Notes: a model not told the origin generated them from the sequence alone. A stretch of 64,000 nucleotides of DNA from an uncultured Pseudomonadota bacterium (GCA_963847705.1 CAWKBC010000032.1:288001-352000), one strand, 5' to 3'. Counted from the stretch's first letter, positions 1 through 9,862 are shown. Numbers and translations are program-made.

Positions 1-223
1 AGTCGCGCACCCCGTCGGTCATCCGCACCACGTAGCGGCTCCGGCCCGGCTGACCCGAGGCGGTGTACGGCGACCCCTGCAGCAGATCGGGCGGCACGCG
101 CACGTCCGCCGGCATGGCGCCGCCGCTGGCGCAGCCCGCGCCAGCCGCCAGAACGACCGCCGCAAGCACCACGGCCACCCGGGCGACCGCGCCGGACGGA
201 GAATGGAAACCGGTCTTGGACAT
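1..223 (-). CDS. Lipoprotein, 5' part (runs off the window start)
   Basis: Hand translation from ATG 223: MSKTGFHSPSGAVARVAVVLAAVVLAAGAG-C (lipobox), then ...GRSRYVVRMTDGVRD. Starts 5 nt after the stop of the upstream gene. Not in the ORF track. Confidence 0.75.
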   Translation of the reverse strand, partial: MSKTGFHSPSGAVARVAVVLAAVVLAAGAGCASGGAMPADVRVPPDLLQGSPYTASGQPGRSRYVVRMTDGVRD

Positions 224-228
224 GGATT

Positions 229-1665
229 TCACCAATTGAGCGCCACCCGGAGTCGGAACCCCAAGCCTCCCAGATCGTAGCCCGAATAGGTGGTGGGGAA
301 GACGTACATGAGCCCACCCTCGAAGGAGAGCCGGTACTTGAGGTGCAAATCGAGGCCGCTCTCCAGATAGAACGTGTTCCCCTGGTTGCCGGTGAACATC
401 CCGCCCGCCTCGCCGTAGGCCCAGAGCTCGGGCTTGTTCAGGTTGGGCGCTGACAGATCGTGCGAGTAGTAGGCGCCGAGCAGGATGGAGTTCAACGCCT
501 GCGGCTGCTTGCTGGTGCTGGGTGGACCGGTGGTGAAGATGCCGGCGCTGATGCCGAACAGGCTCCCCTGGTTCTCGCCGAACTTCTCGTGGAACCGCAG
601 CGTCACGTTGGCGCCGACGACGTCTCCTGTCGGACCCTGGTAGCCCATCTGCAGCATTCCGAGCGACGCCGCGTACCCGTAGCTGGGGCGCCCGGCGATC
701 TTCTGCTCCAGCTCGGCGGCCCGCTCGGCCCGCGTCGGGATGTGCTGCCCCGTGCGGAGGAGCGCCGTCATGGTCCCGTCCGAGCGGTAGGCGTCGCTCC
801 AGACCACGTTGCCGTCGGAGGCGCGGAACACGCTCGCCTCCATCCAGATGACGTTCTGGTCGGGGCTGAAGGTGAAGTTGACGTCCATGAAGGTCTTGAT
901 GCCGGTGGTCTCCCCCAGCCGGCGCAAGTCCTCCTGCTTCACCGCGCCGAGGGTGATGACCCAGCTGCCGTTCTCGACCCGCGACCGCAGCGCCTCGCAC
1001 TCGACGCAGAGGTTGATCTTGAGCGCCGTCGCGTTGAGGAGGCGCGCGGTCAGCCGGGCCTCCAGCGTGTGCGCGAACTCGGGGCGCAGGTTGGCCGACA
1101 CGCGCACCAGGCGGATCGCCATCGGCGACAGCAAGTTGGGATCCTCGAGCGCGAGCTTGCGGGCGATCTCGTCGATGATGTCGTCGACCAGCTCGAAGAA
1201 ATCGATGTTGTCGCTGGAGCGCCGGATCAGCTCCTCCATCTGGCTCGGCGAGGCGGGCTGGGGCGGCGCCGGTGGCGGCTCGGTCTGCACGCGCGCGGCG
1301 CCGGTCGCCGTCCCCGAGGTCGACGTGACCGGCCTGACCGGCGGCCGACCCGGTGGCGGCGCATTGGGATCATAAACGGGGCGAGGACGCGCCGGGAACT
1401 CACCATCGATCCGCTGCGGGACCTCGCCGTTCTGCGTCTGGGTCTCCGGAGGCGAGCCGGGCTGGCTCGGTGCGCCCGTGGTCGGCGGCCTGTGGGTGCG
1501 GGTCGCGCCCTCGATCTCCGTCTGCGAGTAGGTGCCGGGCGCGGCCGGCGCAGCGCCGCCGTTCGGGTCGCCGGGATCCTCTGCCCGGGCAACACCCAGG
1601 TGAACGGAAAGAACCGCCGACGCGACCGCGGTCGAGCAGACCAGCTGGGCGCGGCTAAAACGCAT
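229..1665 (-). CDS. Exported protein: Pro-rich linker, alpha/beta domain with CxxC, C-terminal outer-membrane beta-barrel
   Basis: Signal peptide ending ARA, Pro/Thr-rich region, LCVEC motif, amphipathic strands ending LRVALNW (terminal aromatic). ATG 1665 overlaps the upstream stop. Confidence 0.75.
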   Translation of the reverse strand: MRFSRAQLVCSTAVASAVLSVHLGVARAEDPGDPNGGAAPAAPGTYSQTEIEGATRTHRPPTTGAPSQPGSPPETQTQNGEVPQRIDGEFPARPRPVYDPNAPPPGRPPVRPVTSTSGTATGAARVQTEPPPAPPQPASPSQMEELIRRSSDNIDFFELVDDIIDEIARKLALEDPNLLSPMAIRLVRVSANLRPEFAHTLEARLTARLLNATALKINLCVECEALRSRVENGSWVITLGAVKQEDLRRLGETTGIKTFMDVNFTFSPDQNVIWMEASVFRASDGNVVWSDAYRSDGTMTALLRTGQHIPTRAERAAELEQKIAGRPSYGYAASLGMLQMGYQGPTGDVVGANVTLRFHEKFGENQGSLFGISAGIFTTGPPSTSKQPQALNSILLGAYYSHDLSAPNLNKPELWAYGEAGGMFTGNQGNTFYLESGLDLHLKYRLSFEGGLMYVFPTTYSGYDLGGLGFRLRVALNW

Positions 1666-2485
1666 ATCCAACCTCGAAGCGGATGCCGTTTCGGTCGGCG
1701 CGCAGGCTGCTGCTCAGCGCCTCGTCCAGCACGGGATCGGGCACCTTCTTGTCGTCGTCCAAGCTTGCTCCCGTGTAGAACGCATATTCGAACACGTATT
1801 CGATGCTCATCCGGAAGGACCGGAACCCCAACGCCAGACCCGCGCCGAGGCAGACGCTGTTGGCCCGGCCAGATCCGCTGTGATACATCGATCCCTCGGG
1901 GGTGGGCGTGGTGTTGCTGTACAGCGCCAGGTCGGAGGTCATGAACGAGAGCCCCGTGTCGACGAAGGGCGTGAAGTCGCGATCGAGCAAGTACCATCGG
2001 CCGCGCAGCCCGTAGGCCGTGCGTCCGCAGGCAGAGGTCGAGTTCCCGGACCCGTCCTGACAGGAGATCGGACGCCATCCCAGCCAGACGCCGAGCGCCG
2101 CATGGCGGAGAAAGTCCCAGGAGAAGGCGAGGCCATAGCTCGCCAGACCGGTCCCGAAGAACGCCTCGAACGCCAGCGGGCGGGTCACCCGCCAGGGTTG
2201 CGTCGCATCGATCCACTGCTGGATGCGCGCCTCCCGCGTCAGCTGCTGGGTGGCGACCTGTTGACTCCGGTCGGCGGCCAGGCGGTCCTCGAACCGTTCG
2301 AGGCGGCAGGCCCGGCGCACGTTCTCCGCGGCCGGGGTGGTGTCGGCGATGTCGAGCGCGCGCGCCGCCTCGCAGGGGTCCTCCGGCTGCTGCTGCACCA
2401 GCGACTGCGCGCGGGCGCCGGTGGCGCCGACGGCCTCCAGGACGACCGCGACGGGGAAGGCCAGCACCAGGGCCCAGCGATTCAC
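1655..2485 (-). CDS. Putative outer-membrane beta-barrel protein
   Basis: Signal peptide (ARA-Q), alternating hydrophobic strands, C-terminal RFEVGYAF. GTGA overlap with the upstream gene. Confidence 0.75.
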   Translation of the reverse strand: MNRWALVLAFPVAVVLEAVGATGARAQSLVQQQPEDPCEAARALDIADTTPAAENVRRACRLERFEDRLAADRSQQVATQQLTREARIQQWIDATQPWRVTRPLAFEAFFGTGLASYGLAFSWDFLRHAALGVWLGWRPISCQDGSGNSTSACGRTAYGLRGRWYLLDRDFTPFVDTGLSFMTSDLALYSNTTPTPEGSMYHSGSGRANSVCLGAGLALGFRSFRMSIEYVFEYAFYTGASLDDDKKVPDPVLDEALSSSLRADRNGIRFEVGYAF

Positions 2486-4566
2486 GAGCCGCCTCCGGTC
2501 CAGGCGATCCGGAAGCTGCCCGGCCAGCGCCGCAGCGACGAGGGGGTCGGATCGGCGCCGTGCCGGGGGACGAACACCAGCGGCCCGGTCTCCTCCAGCG
2601 CCGACGTCAGGTCGATGGCCGGCGGACGCACGTCGTAGCTGCGGCCGATCAGGATCTCGCCGAGCAGGATGGGGCGCCGCGCCGACCCGACCGTCTCGGC
2701 GTAGGCCCGCGGCCCCGACCTGAGGTGAGCGCTGGCCGCGCGGTAGAGCGTGGTCAGCTCCTCGTCGACGGGGCCGCGCCCCGCCTCGTCGAGGTGACGC
2801 TTGAGCGTCGCGACGAGCGTGTTGAGATCGGTCTGATCGTCGTTGTCGACCAGCGCCGGCAGCGCGTCGCGCGCCACGACCAGGAGGGCGCGCTGCCAGT
2901 CGGCCGAGCGCTCGGCCCGCAGCTTGGTCCGGTGCCCCTCCGCCTCGGCCGAGGCGATCAGGCCGCCGCCGTCGCCTCCCGACGTCGACGTCGAGGCCGT
3001 GGTCGCCGTTCCTCTCGCCTTGGCGTTCACCTTCACCTTAGACGGCGGGGGGCGCGCGACGGTCTCTTCCTGACCGGCCAGCAGCAAGAAGGTTCGCGCA
3101 AACTCGGCCCGGGCGCCGGCCCGGGCGGCGGCGACAGACTCGTGCGCCAGGTGCTGCAGCCGGCGCTCGGCGTCGGTGTCGTTGTCGTAGAGCCAGGCGT
3201 AGGTCGCCATCGCCGAGGCGTGCGCGCCGGCGCCCAGCGCCATCTCGGCGAACGCCTGGGCGCGGGAGAGCCGCTCGCGCGGGGGGCCCAGCGCCTCCAG
3301 CATCTCGATCGTCTCGGACGAGACCGGCGAGGCCTCGAGGGTGCGCAGGGCCATGTCCATCATGGCGCCGAGCGCCGGATCGGCCTCGACCTCGGCCCGG
3401 CCGTGCCGGTGCAGCGCCTCCCGCGCTTCGGCGATGAGCTCCGCGCGTCGGCCAGCGCGGGCGTGCGCCTCGACCTGACGAAAGGCGATGTAGCGGCCGA
3501 TGGCGTCGTCACCGTGAGGCGGCGCGCCCAGGATCGCCACGGCGTCGTCGGGACGATTGGCCGCGACCAGCCGATCGGCGAGCAGGAGCGCCAGCCCACG
3601 ACGGACGGCAGCCGGCAGGTCGAGTCGAAACGCCGCGCGCGATTTTTCCATCGCCACCGCGGGAGCGACCGCCGGGTCGGTGACCGCCGCCAGCGCGTCG
3701 GTGAAGATCGCGTCGGAGCGCTCGCGCAGCGCCAGCACGTTGTCGCGCGCGCCGCCGACCGCCTCGAACCGGGCCAGCGTCGCCACCGCCGGGGTGGCCC
3801 GGCCGTGCGACATCTCCAGCACCGCCGCCTGCAGCAGCAGCGGCGCCGTCGCCGGATGCTCCGATGGCAACAGGCCGGCGGTCCCCGCCACCAGCGCGAT
3901 CTCCGCGTCGGCGGCCGGCGCCGACGTCATCGGAGCAGAGATCGCACTGGCCTGGGGGCAACGGGTCACGAGCACCGGAACCGCCTGCTCGTCGCTCCAG
4001 TGCTCGCTCTCGATGGGCCAGGTGACTTCAGTCGTCACTTCAGTCGTCGCTTGGGTCGTCGCCTTGGTCGCGGCGCTGGGACCCTTGGCCCGGCCTTCGG
4101 AGCGCGCCATCATTCGGCCCGCTTTCGGAACCTCGGGCAGCGCCCGCGCGAGCCGCACCCGTTCGATCTGGACCAGACGCCGCAGCTGCATCCAGGGATC
4201 GCGCAGCGGGAGCGCGACCGGAGAGACCCGCGGAATGCGGCCCAGCGGCTCGCACCGCAGGAGCGCCAGCATCTCCGACCAGAAGTCGAGCGCGCTGTCC
4301 GGCTGGCCCCGCTCTCGGTCGGCGAGCGCGGTGAGCGCCACCTCGGCGATCGCCAGATCGCCGCGCCAGACCGCGTCGCCGGTCTCGGTGAGCAGATGCT
4401 CGCGCGAGACGGGCGCCGGTACCTGTGCCCCCACCCAGGGCGCGGGCGGCGCGGCCAGAGGTCCCCGGGCCGGCGCCGCGCAGCCGCCCGACGCGAACCC
4501 GAGGGCGAGCGCGAGCAGCGCGGTCCTCGAGATCGAGACCGGGGAGATTCGGCGCGGCACGCTCAC
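2482..4566 (-). CDS. Large alpha-helical (TPR-like) lipoprotein
   Basis: True start likely GTG 4566 (GTGA overlap). LLALALGFASGG-C lipobox and Ala/Leu-rich helical repeats. The ORF-track extension to 5640 is a shadow of upstream genes. Confidence 0.7.
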   Translation of the reverse strand: MSVPRRISPVSISRTALLALALGFASGGCAAPARGPLAAPPAPWVGAQVPAPVSREHLLTETGDAVWRGDLAIAEVALTALADRERGQPDSALDFWSEMLALLRCEPLGRIPRVSPVALPLRDPWMQLRRLVQIERVRLARALPEVPKAGRMMARSEGRAKGPSAATKATTQATTEVTTEVTWPIESEHWSDEQAVPVLVTRCPQASAISAPMTSAPAADAEIALVAGTAGLLPSEHPATAPLLLQAAVLEMSHGRATPAVATLARFEAVGGARDNVLALRERSDAIFTDALAAVTDPAVAPAVAMEKSRAAFRLDLPAAVRRGLALLLADRLVAANRPDDAVAILGAPPHGDDAIGRYIAFRQVEAHARAGRRAELIAEAREALHRHGRAEVEADPALGAMMDMALRTLEASPVSSETIEMLEALGPPRERLSRAQAFAEMALGAGAHASAMATYAWLYDNDTDAERRLQHLAHESVAAARAGARAEFARTFLLLAGQEETVARPPPSKVKVNAKARGTATTASTSTSGGDGGGLIASAEAEGHRTKLRAERSADWQRALLVVARDALPALVDNDDQTDLNTLVATLKRHLDEAGRGPVDEELTTLYRAASAHLRSGPRAYAETVGSARRPILLGEILIGRSYDVRPPAIDLTSALEETGPLVFVPRHGADPTPSSLRRWPGSFRIAWTGGGS

Positions 4567-5354
4567 AGCGTCCCTCCGGCGCTCAGCGCCGGCAGCGCTC
4601 CCCAGACCCCGATGGTGGTTCCCGAGCGCGACTCGAAGTCGAGGGTGACGGCGGCGTCCACCCGGACGAAGAGCTTCGGCAGGAGAAAGACCAGAAAGCC
4701 GAGGCCGGCATCGGTGGACGGACCGATCTCGCCGCCGTTGTCGTGGATCCCTCCGTGGGCAAACGCCTGCGGCTCGAAGTGGATCACACCGCCGAGGCCG
4801 CCCACCATCAGCTTGCCGTACCCGATCGAGTAGCGCGCGCCCACCAGCGCACGCCAGCCCGGCGGGTGGCTGTCGGGGAGAAGACCGTCGTCCGCCTCGA
4901 TCTGCTTGGCCGTGGCGTCGAGCGAGCTCCAGTCGTGCGCCAGCTGGACCTCCAGACCGAGCGGCTCGAGGAGATAATAGGTGGCGCCGACGCGCGCGCC
5001 AGGGCTGTTGTAGAAGTCGCCCCGGGAGAGGTATTCGAACCCGCCGTAGACTTGGAGCTGCTTGGCCTTGAGCGCGAACCGCGGCTGGACGCGGACCGCC
5101 GCCTCCGGCCGCGGGGCCGGTTCTTGAATCGCGCTTGCCGGCAGGGCGCTCACCGGCGCGTGGCGCGATGACGCGGAGCCTGACAAGGGTGACGGCGACG
5201 CCGGCAATGCCGCGGGCGGCGGCGACGCGGGCGGCGCCACCGTCTGCGGCGTGGCGCCGGGGGCCGCGGCGTCGGCCGCGAGAACCGGCGCCCGCCAGGT
5301 TCCGAGGAGAATGAGCGCCGCCAGCACCGACGCGGAACCGAGCCGGAGCATCAT
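4563..5354 (-). CDS. Myxobacterial outer-membrane beta-barrel (GltA/GltB/GltH-like)
   Basis: ATG 5354 (ATGA overlap), signal peptide, Pro-rich linker, then VQPRFALK...GDFY...GATYY...YGKL...IHFE, matching my recollection of the Glt-type barrel family. Confidence 0.7.
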   Translation of the reverse strand: MMLRLGSASVLAALILLGTWRAPVLAADAAAPGATPQTVAPPASPPPAALPASPSPLSGSASSRHAPVSALPASAIQEPAPRPEAAVRVQPRFALKAKQLQVYGGFEYLSRGDFYNSPGARVGATYYLLEPLGLEVQLAHDWSSLDATAKQIEADDGLLPDSHPPGWRALVGARYSIGYGKLMVGGLGGVIHFEPQAFAHGGIHDNGGEIGPSTDAGLGFLVFLLPKLFVRVDAAVTLDFESRSGTTIGVWGALPALSAGGTL

Positions 5355-7132
5355 TGCGTCTCCGCGCACAACGGGCTCGTCGCCCAGGAGGTCGCGCCGG
5401 TTCCATTGGTCGAGACGAACGGGTGATCGCAGTACGCGGTGCAGATCTCGAAGTCGACCGAGGCGCTCTCCGGCGTGAACGTGGGGCCCGGCTTCTCGAT
5501 CTCCGGCAACAGCGAGACGAAGTAGCCGGGAGGGTCGGACGCCGTGATGGCCCAGCTCTGGCCATAAAGACGCTGTCCGGACGTGAGGTAGACGGGTTGG
5601 ATCTGCGGGCTCGCGTCGCAGATCTTGAAAGAACCACCATCGTAGGTGGCGGCGTCGGCCGCCGACAGCAGCGGCACGGGGACGTTCTGATCGAAGATCT
5701 GGCTCGTGTAGGGGAGGTTCTGCGAGACGTACGAGGCCAGCGTCATCTCGAGCGTCATGTCGTCGGCCGAGATCCAGGGCGTCGACATCCACCAGCTCGG
5801 TCCGGTGGCCATGGCCCCGCCCGGGTTGAACAGCCAGGAATTCGTCCGCAGATTGTAGGGCGGAGGCGCCGTCAGCCCGTTGAAAAAGACCTCCAGCGAA
5901 TCGGTCATCGAGCTCGGCAGCGCGAAGTTCTGGTCGTTGAAGTAGAAGAAGTAAAACTGCTGGTACGTCTGGGGGTAGCTCGAGACGGCCTGCAAGACGG
6001 CAGCGGCCATGTCCGTCGGGTCGGGCAGCGCCTCGTTGGAGAACTGCGCGCAATTGGGCGCGCCGGCAGACGGGTCGGGGTTCTGCGCGAGGTTGAGGGT
6101 CCCCAGCTTCGTGTACATGCCGGTCTTCTGCATGTACTGGTCGACGAGCCCCTCGATCTTCAACCGCGCCGCGTCGCATCGCTCAGGAACCTCGATCTCG
6201 AGGTCGAAGACGATCTGGTAGATGACCGGCGACTGCTCGACCGGCGGGGTGAACGTCGTGTGCATGTCCACCACCTGAGGCAGCGTCGCGAGGCGCCCCT
6301 GCGCCACGGTGGGACAGTAGCCGCTGGTCAAACACCCGCTCCCGTCCATGGCAGGCGTCCCCGACGGGGTCGGCCGGATCCCGACGCAATAAAGTCCGCC
6401 GTCGCTGAGCGGCTGGTCGGCCGGGAAGATGTACGCCGGGGGATCGAGCGGTGAAAAACTGACGCCGGTGGGCACCGAGCTGACGCCGGTGGGCACTGAC
6501 TCCGGCACGCAGAGACCATTGGTCGGCCACATCGTCCGGTCATAGGGGCGCGCGTAGACATAGGGCGGCTCGAACACCACGGTGTCCGTGAGGGCCACGT
6601 GGACCTGATCGTTGGTGAGCTGGAAAAAAGGGGCCACGGTGAGCGTCTGAGCCTCGGTCCTCGCGGTGGCCAGCTCCCCCGGGAGTGTCCCAAAGGTGGC
6701 GTGAATGGCGACGACCGGATGGGGGGAAGGCGGGACGTAGAGGCCGGGCACGACATACTGGAAGCAGGTCCCCCCGTCGGCATCCGCGCAGGGCGAGGCG
6801 CCCCCCGGAAACAGCGACCGTGAAAAATCAATCGGATTGTCGGTGTTCTCGCCAAGAATCTGAAAGTGCAGGTCGTCCCCGAGCGCCGCGGTCGAGGAGA
6901 TCCTCCAGCGCACGATCGTTATGTCCTCTTGAGCGCTGTAAACCAGTTCGACTTTCTGGGGGGTATACGGAGAGGGAACGAACAGGACGTCGCCGCAACC
7001 CACCGAAAGCACGGTCACGGCCAGAAGCACAACCGCGGCCAATGCACGGCGGCGGGTGCGCCTACGAGGTTGGCGCGACCCGCAATCCAATTGGCGTGTT
7101 CCTTGCTGTGCGATGGTTTTAGGGGCGAGCAT
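5351..7132 (-). CDS. Large lipoprotein of unknown function, first gene of the OM operon
   Basis: RRRALAAVVLLAVTVLSVG-C lipobox, paired Cys, strong GC3 bias. Start uncertain (ATG 7132 or TTG 7090). Confidence 0.75.
   Translation of the reverse strand: MLAPKTIAQQGTRQLDCGSRQPRRRTRRRALAAVVLLAVTVLSVGCGDVLFVPSPYTPQKVELVYSAQEDITIVRWRISSTAALGDDLHFQILGENTDNPIDFSRSLFPGGASPCADADGGTCFQYVVPGLYVPPSPHPVVAIHATFGTLPGELATARTEAQTLTVAPFFQLTNDQVHVALTDTVVFEPPYVYARPYDRTMWPTNGLCVPESVPTGVSSVPTGVSFSPLDPPAYIFPADQPLSDGGLYCVGIRPTPSGTPAMDGSGCLTSGYCPTVAQGRLATLPQVVDMHTTFTPPVEQSPVIYQIVFDLEIEVPERCDAARLKIEGLVDQYMQKTGMYTKLGTLNLAQNPDPSAGAPNCAQFSNEALPDPTDMAAAVLQAVSSYPQTYQQFYFFYFNDQNFALPSSMTDSLEVFFNGLTAPPPYNLRTNSWLFNPGGAMATGPSWWMSTPWISADDMTLEMTLASYVSQNLPYTSQIFDQNVPVPLLSAADAATYDGGSFKICDASPQIQPVYLTSGQRLYGQSWAITASDPPGYFVSLLPEIEKPGPTFTPESASVDFEICTAYCDHPFVSTNGTGATSWATSPLCAETQ
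7092..7107 (+). promoter_or_regulatory. Possible sigma54 (-24/-12) promoter
   Basis: TGGCGTGTTCCTTGCT = GG-N10-GC with TGGC and TTGCT, about 150 bp upstream of the lipoprotein at 7262. Confidence 0.35.
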
Positions 7133-7261
7133 GGGCAGATTGGTTGGTTGCCCCCGGCGCGAGTCAGGCAATATTCGTGCTCAGCAAAGCACCACTCGGC
7201 GGCACCAATGAAACGGGTACGCTTGGTGATTGTCTCTCAAATTTGTGAAAGCATGATCAGA

Positions 7262-7762
7262 ATGTCGCGCTCGAGCTTGTTGGCGGCTCTGCTCCTGGCG
7301 GTCGCCTTTTCGGGCACCCTGGCCGGTTGCTGCGGCGGCGCCCACTCCCACAAGTGCGACTTTACCTCCTTGGATAGTCAGAAAGATGGGGGGAGCGACG
7401 GGCCCATGATGTGTGGAACCGCGGGCGTCTGCGAGCCGCCGACCGTCTGCTGCGCCCAAAAGATCGCGCCCTACTTCAGCTGCGTCCCGCTGGAGGACTT
7501 CGGCCCCGACCAGTGCGAGAAGCCGCCGGACGTCGCCCCCGACTGCGAGGTGCCCAAGGACTGCGACAGCGGAAAGATCTGCTGCCTGCAGACCGCCGGC
7601 GTCCCGACGCTCAACTGCCAGCCGACCTGCCAAGGGGCGGGCAACTACCAGGCCTGTGTGACGGACCTCGACTGTCCCTCCCAGATGTCGGGCTCCTGCG
7701 GCGTCATCGCCGGCGGGCCCGACGCGGGCTATTCCATCAGCGTCTGCCCGCCCCAGCAGTGA
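7262..7762 (+). CDS. Cys-rich lipoprotein
   Basis: MSRSSLLAALLLAVAFSGTLAG-C lipobox. Many Cys including CC pairs. Confidence 0.8.
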   Translation: MSRSSLLAALLLAVAFSGTLAGCCGGAHSHKCDFTSLDSQKDGGSDGPMMCGTAGVCEPPTVCCAQKIAPYFSCVPLEDFGPDQCEKPPDVAPDCEVPKDCDSGKICCLQTAGVPTLNCQPTCQGAGNYQACVTDLDCPSQMSGSCGVIAGGPDAGYSISVCPPQQ

Positions 7763-8637
7763 CGTCCGGAGCCGCCAGGCCCTGGATGGCCTTCGCCGCC
7801 TGCGGCGCCATCTGGGGCAGCACGTTCCTGGTCATCAGCATCGGCAACGACGCGCTGGCGCCGGTGTGGGCGGCCACCCTGCGCCTCACCCTGGCCGCGC
7901 TGTTGCTCGGCGCCTGGACGCGGGCACGGGGGCGCACGCTCCCCCGGGGCGCGGCCTTGCGCGCGGCGCTGGGCTACGGCATCGCGCAGTTTGGCGTCAA
8001 CCTGCCCTTCCTTTACTGGGGCGAGAAGATGGTCCCCTCGGGCCTCTCCGCCGTCGTCTTCGCGACCATCCCCCTCACGAGCGCGCTCATGACGCGTGCG
8101 CTGGGGCTCGAGCGCCTGACGCCGGCGAAGGTGGCGGGCGCCGCGGTGGCGTTCGGCGGCGTGGCGGTGCTGTTCTCGTCCACGCTGCAGGCCCACGCCG
8201 CGCCTCTCGGGCTCGGGGCCATCTTCGTCGGCGCCACCGCCGCCAGCCTGGGGAGCGTCTTGCTCAAGCGAGGGCCGCGCCAGGATCCTTTTGGCGCGAA
8301 CGCGGTCGGCTGCGCGATCGGCGCCCCGATCGCGCTGGCCATCAGCTTCGCGCTCGGAGAGTCCCACGCCCTCCCCGCCACGTTCGGCGCCGCCTGGCCG
8401 GTCCTCTACCTGACCGTCGCCGGCTCGCTCGGTGCGTACGTGCTCATGTCGTGGCTGCTCAACCACTGGTCGGTCACGCGCACCGCCTACGTCACGGTGA
8501 TCGTCCCGGTGATTGCACTCGCGCTGGGGGCCGTCGTGCTCCACGAACGGCTGGCGCCCGCCAACCTGGGCGGCGCGGCCCTGGTCCTGGCCGGCCTGCT
8601 GATCGGCATGCGCCCCGAACGCGCGCGCGACGCCTAG
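7759..8637 (+). CDS. EamA/DMT family transporter
   Basis: GTGA overlap, IWGSTF N-terminal motif, about 10 TM helices in two repeats. Confidence 0.9.
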   Translation: MTSGAARPWMAFAACGAIWGSTFLVISIGNDALAPVWAATLRLTLAALLLGAWTRARGRTLPRGAALRAALGYGIAQFGVNLPFLYWGEKMVPSGLSAVVFATIPLTSALMTRALGLERLTPAKVAGAAVAFGGVAVLFSSTLQAHAAPLGLGAIFVGATAASLGSVLLKRGPRQDPFGANAVGCAIGAPIALAISFALGESHALPATFGAAWPVLYLTVAGSLGAYVLMSWLLNHWSVTRTAYVTVIVPVIALALGAVVLHERLAPANLGGAALVLAGLLIGMRPERARDA

Positions 8638-8697
8638 CTGCGAATTCAGGCTCAGCCTTAGGGCTGCTGGCGCGGCGGCGCTCTCACCTTCTTGGGG

Positions 8698-9858
8698 ATG
8701 AAGCGACCGGTCTTTGCGGGCCCCGGCCCCGAGCCGCCCCACGGGGGTCGCTTCTCCCTGATCGAGGGCGATCCGCTGTTCGAGCTGCAGCGCGCGGCGC
8801 ACCTGGCGGGCGGCCGCCATCCGGTCCTCCCCCGAGCGCTGACGCTGGCCCTCATCGGGTACCTGCCGCCGCTCGTCCTGGCGCTGGGCTTCGGCGCGGC
8901 GCGCGGCGCCCTCATCCCACTCCACACCCGCTTCTTGATCGCGATCCCGCTCCTGCTCTGGGCAGAGGGCTTCGTCGACGGCCGCGTGCAGAGCGCGGTG
9001 GCCAGCTTCACCGAGCGCGGGCTCATCAAGCCGGCCGACCTCCCCCGCTTTCAGGCGATCGTCGCGGGGTCAGAGCAGCTCCATCATTCAACGTGGATGG
9101 CGGTGGCCATCGTCGCGATCGCCTTCGGGCTCTCCAGCCTCGGCGGCCTGGTGGGCCTCACGCCGCACCTGCCGGCGGGGACGGCGGCGCAAGCGAACGG
9201 GCAGATGACGACCCAGACGAGGGCCATCGAATGTTGGGTGGCGTTTCTCAGCCTCCCGCTGTTTCGGATCGTGCTCTTGCAGTGGGTCTGGCGCTGGGCG
9301 GTGTGGGCGATCTTGATGGCCCGGACCTCGCGCCTCGACCTGGAGCTCGAACCGGCCCACCCGGACCTGGCCGGAGGGCTGGGGTTCCTGGAGCAGGCGG
9401 CGATCGCCTTCCTCTGCCTCCAGGTGGCAACCGGAGCCGTCGTCGCCGGCCGCCTGGCGACGAAGATGTTGCCGGTCCGGGAAGAGATCGCCGGCTTCAC
9501 CGTCATCACCGTGGCCATGGTGCTGGGGCCGCTGGCGCTCTTCTCCCGCAAGCTCCTGCGCGCCAAGCGACGCGGGGAGCTCACGTACGGCGCGCTGGCC
9601 AGCCGCCACAATCGCCTCTTCGGCCAGCGCTGGTTCGGCGGGCAGAGCCCGGCGCCGCTCGGCGATCCGTCCTTCTCCTCGCTGGCCGACCTCGGCACCA
9701 GTTACGGCGCGATCGGCCGCATGCGCCCCCTGCCGATCGGGCGCCTCTCCCTGGTCCTGCTGCTGGTGGTCTGCCTGGCGCCGGCGGTCCCCGCCCTCCT
9801 GGCCGGCGTGCCGCTGAACGACATGCTGGTGCGGGTGGTGAAGTCCGTGCTGCTCTGA
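8698..9858 (+). CDS. Polytopic membrane protein of unknown function
   Basis: Multiple TM segments and an HPDLAGGLGFL motif. Confidence 0.75.
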   Translation: MKRPVFAGPGPEPPHGGRFSLIEGDPLFELQRAAHLAGGRHPVLPRALTLALIGYLPPLVLALGFGAARGALIPLHTRFLIAIPLLLWAEGFVDGRVQSAVASFTERGLIKPADLPRFQAIVAGSEQLHHSTWMAVAIVAIAFGLSSLGGLVGLTPHLPAGTAAQANGQMTTQTRAIECWVAFLSLPLFRIVLLQWVWRWAVWAILMARTSRLDLELEPAHPDLAGGLGFLEQAAIAFLCLQVATGAVVAGRLATKMLPVREEIAGFTVITVAMVLGPLALFSRKLLRAKRRGELTYGALASRHNRLFGQRWFGGQSPAPLGDPSFSSLADLGTSYGAIGRMRPLPIGRLSLVLLLVVCLAPAVPALLAGVPLNDMLVRVVKSVLL

Positions 9859-9862
9859 CCGC

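Noticed and set aside
7167-7183. Sigma54 promoter for the OM operon (minus strand AGCACGAATATTGC)
   Set aside because: Spacing is right but the invariant GG reads AG.
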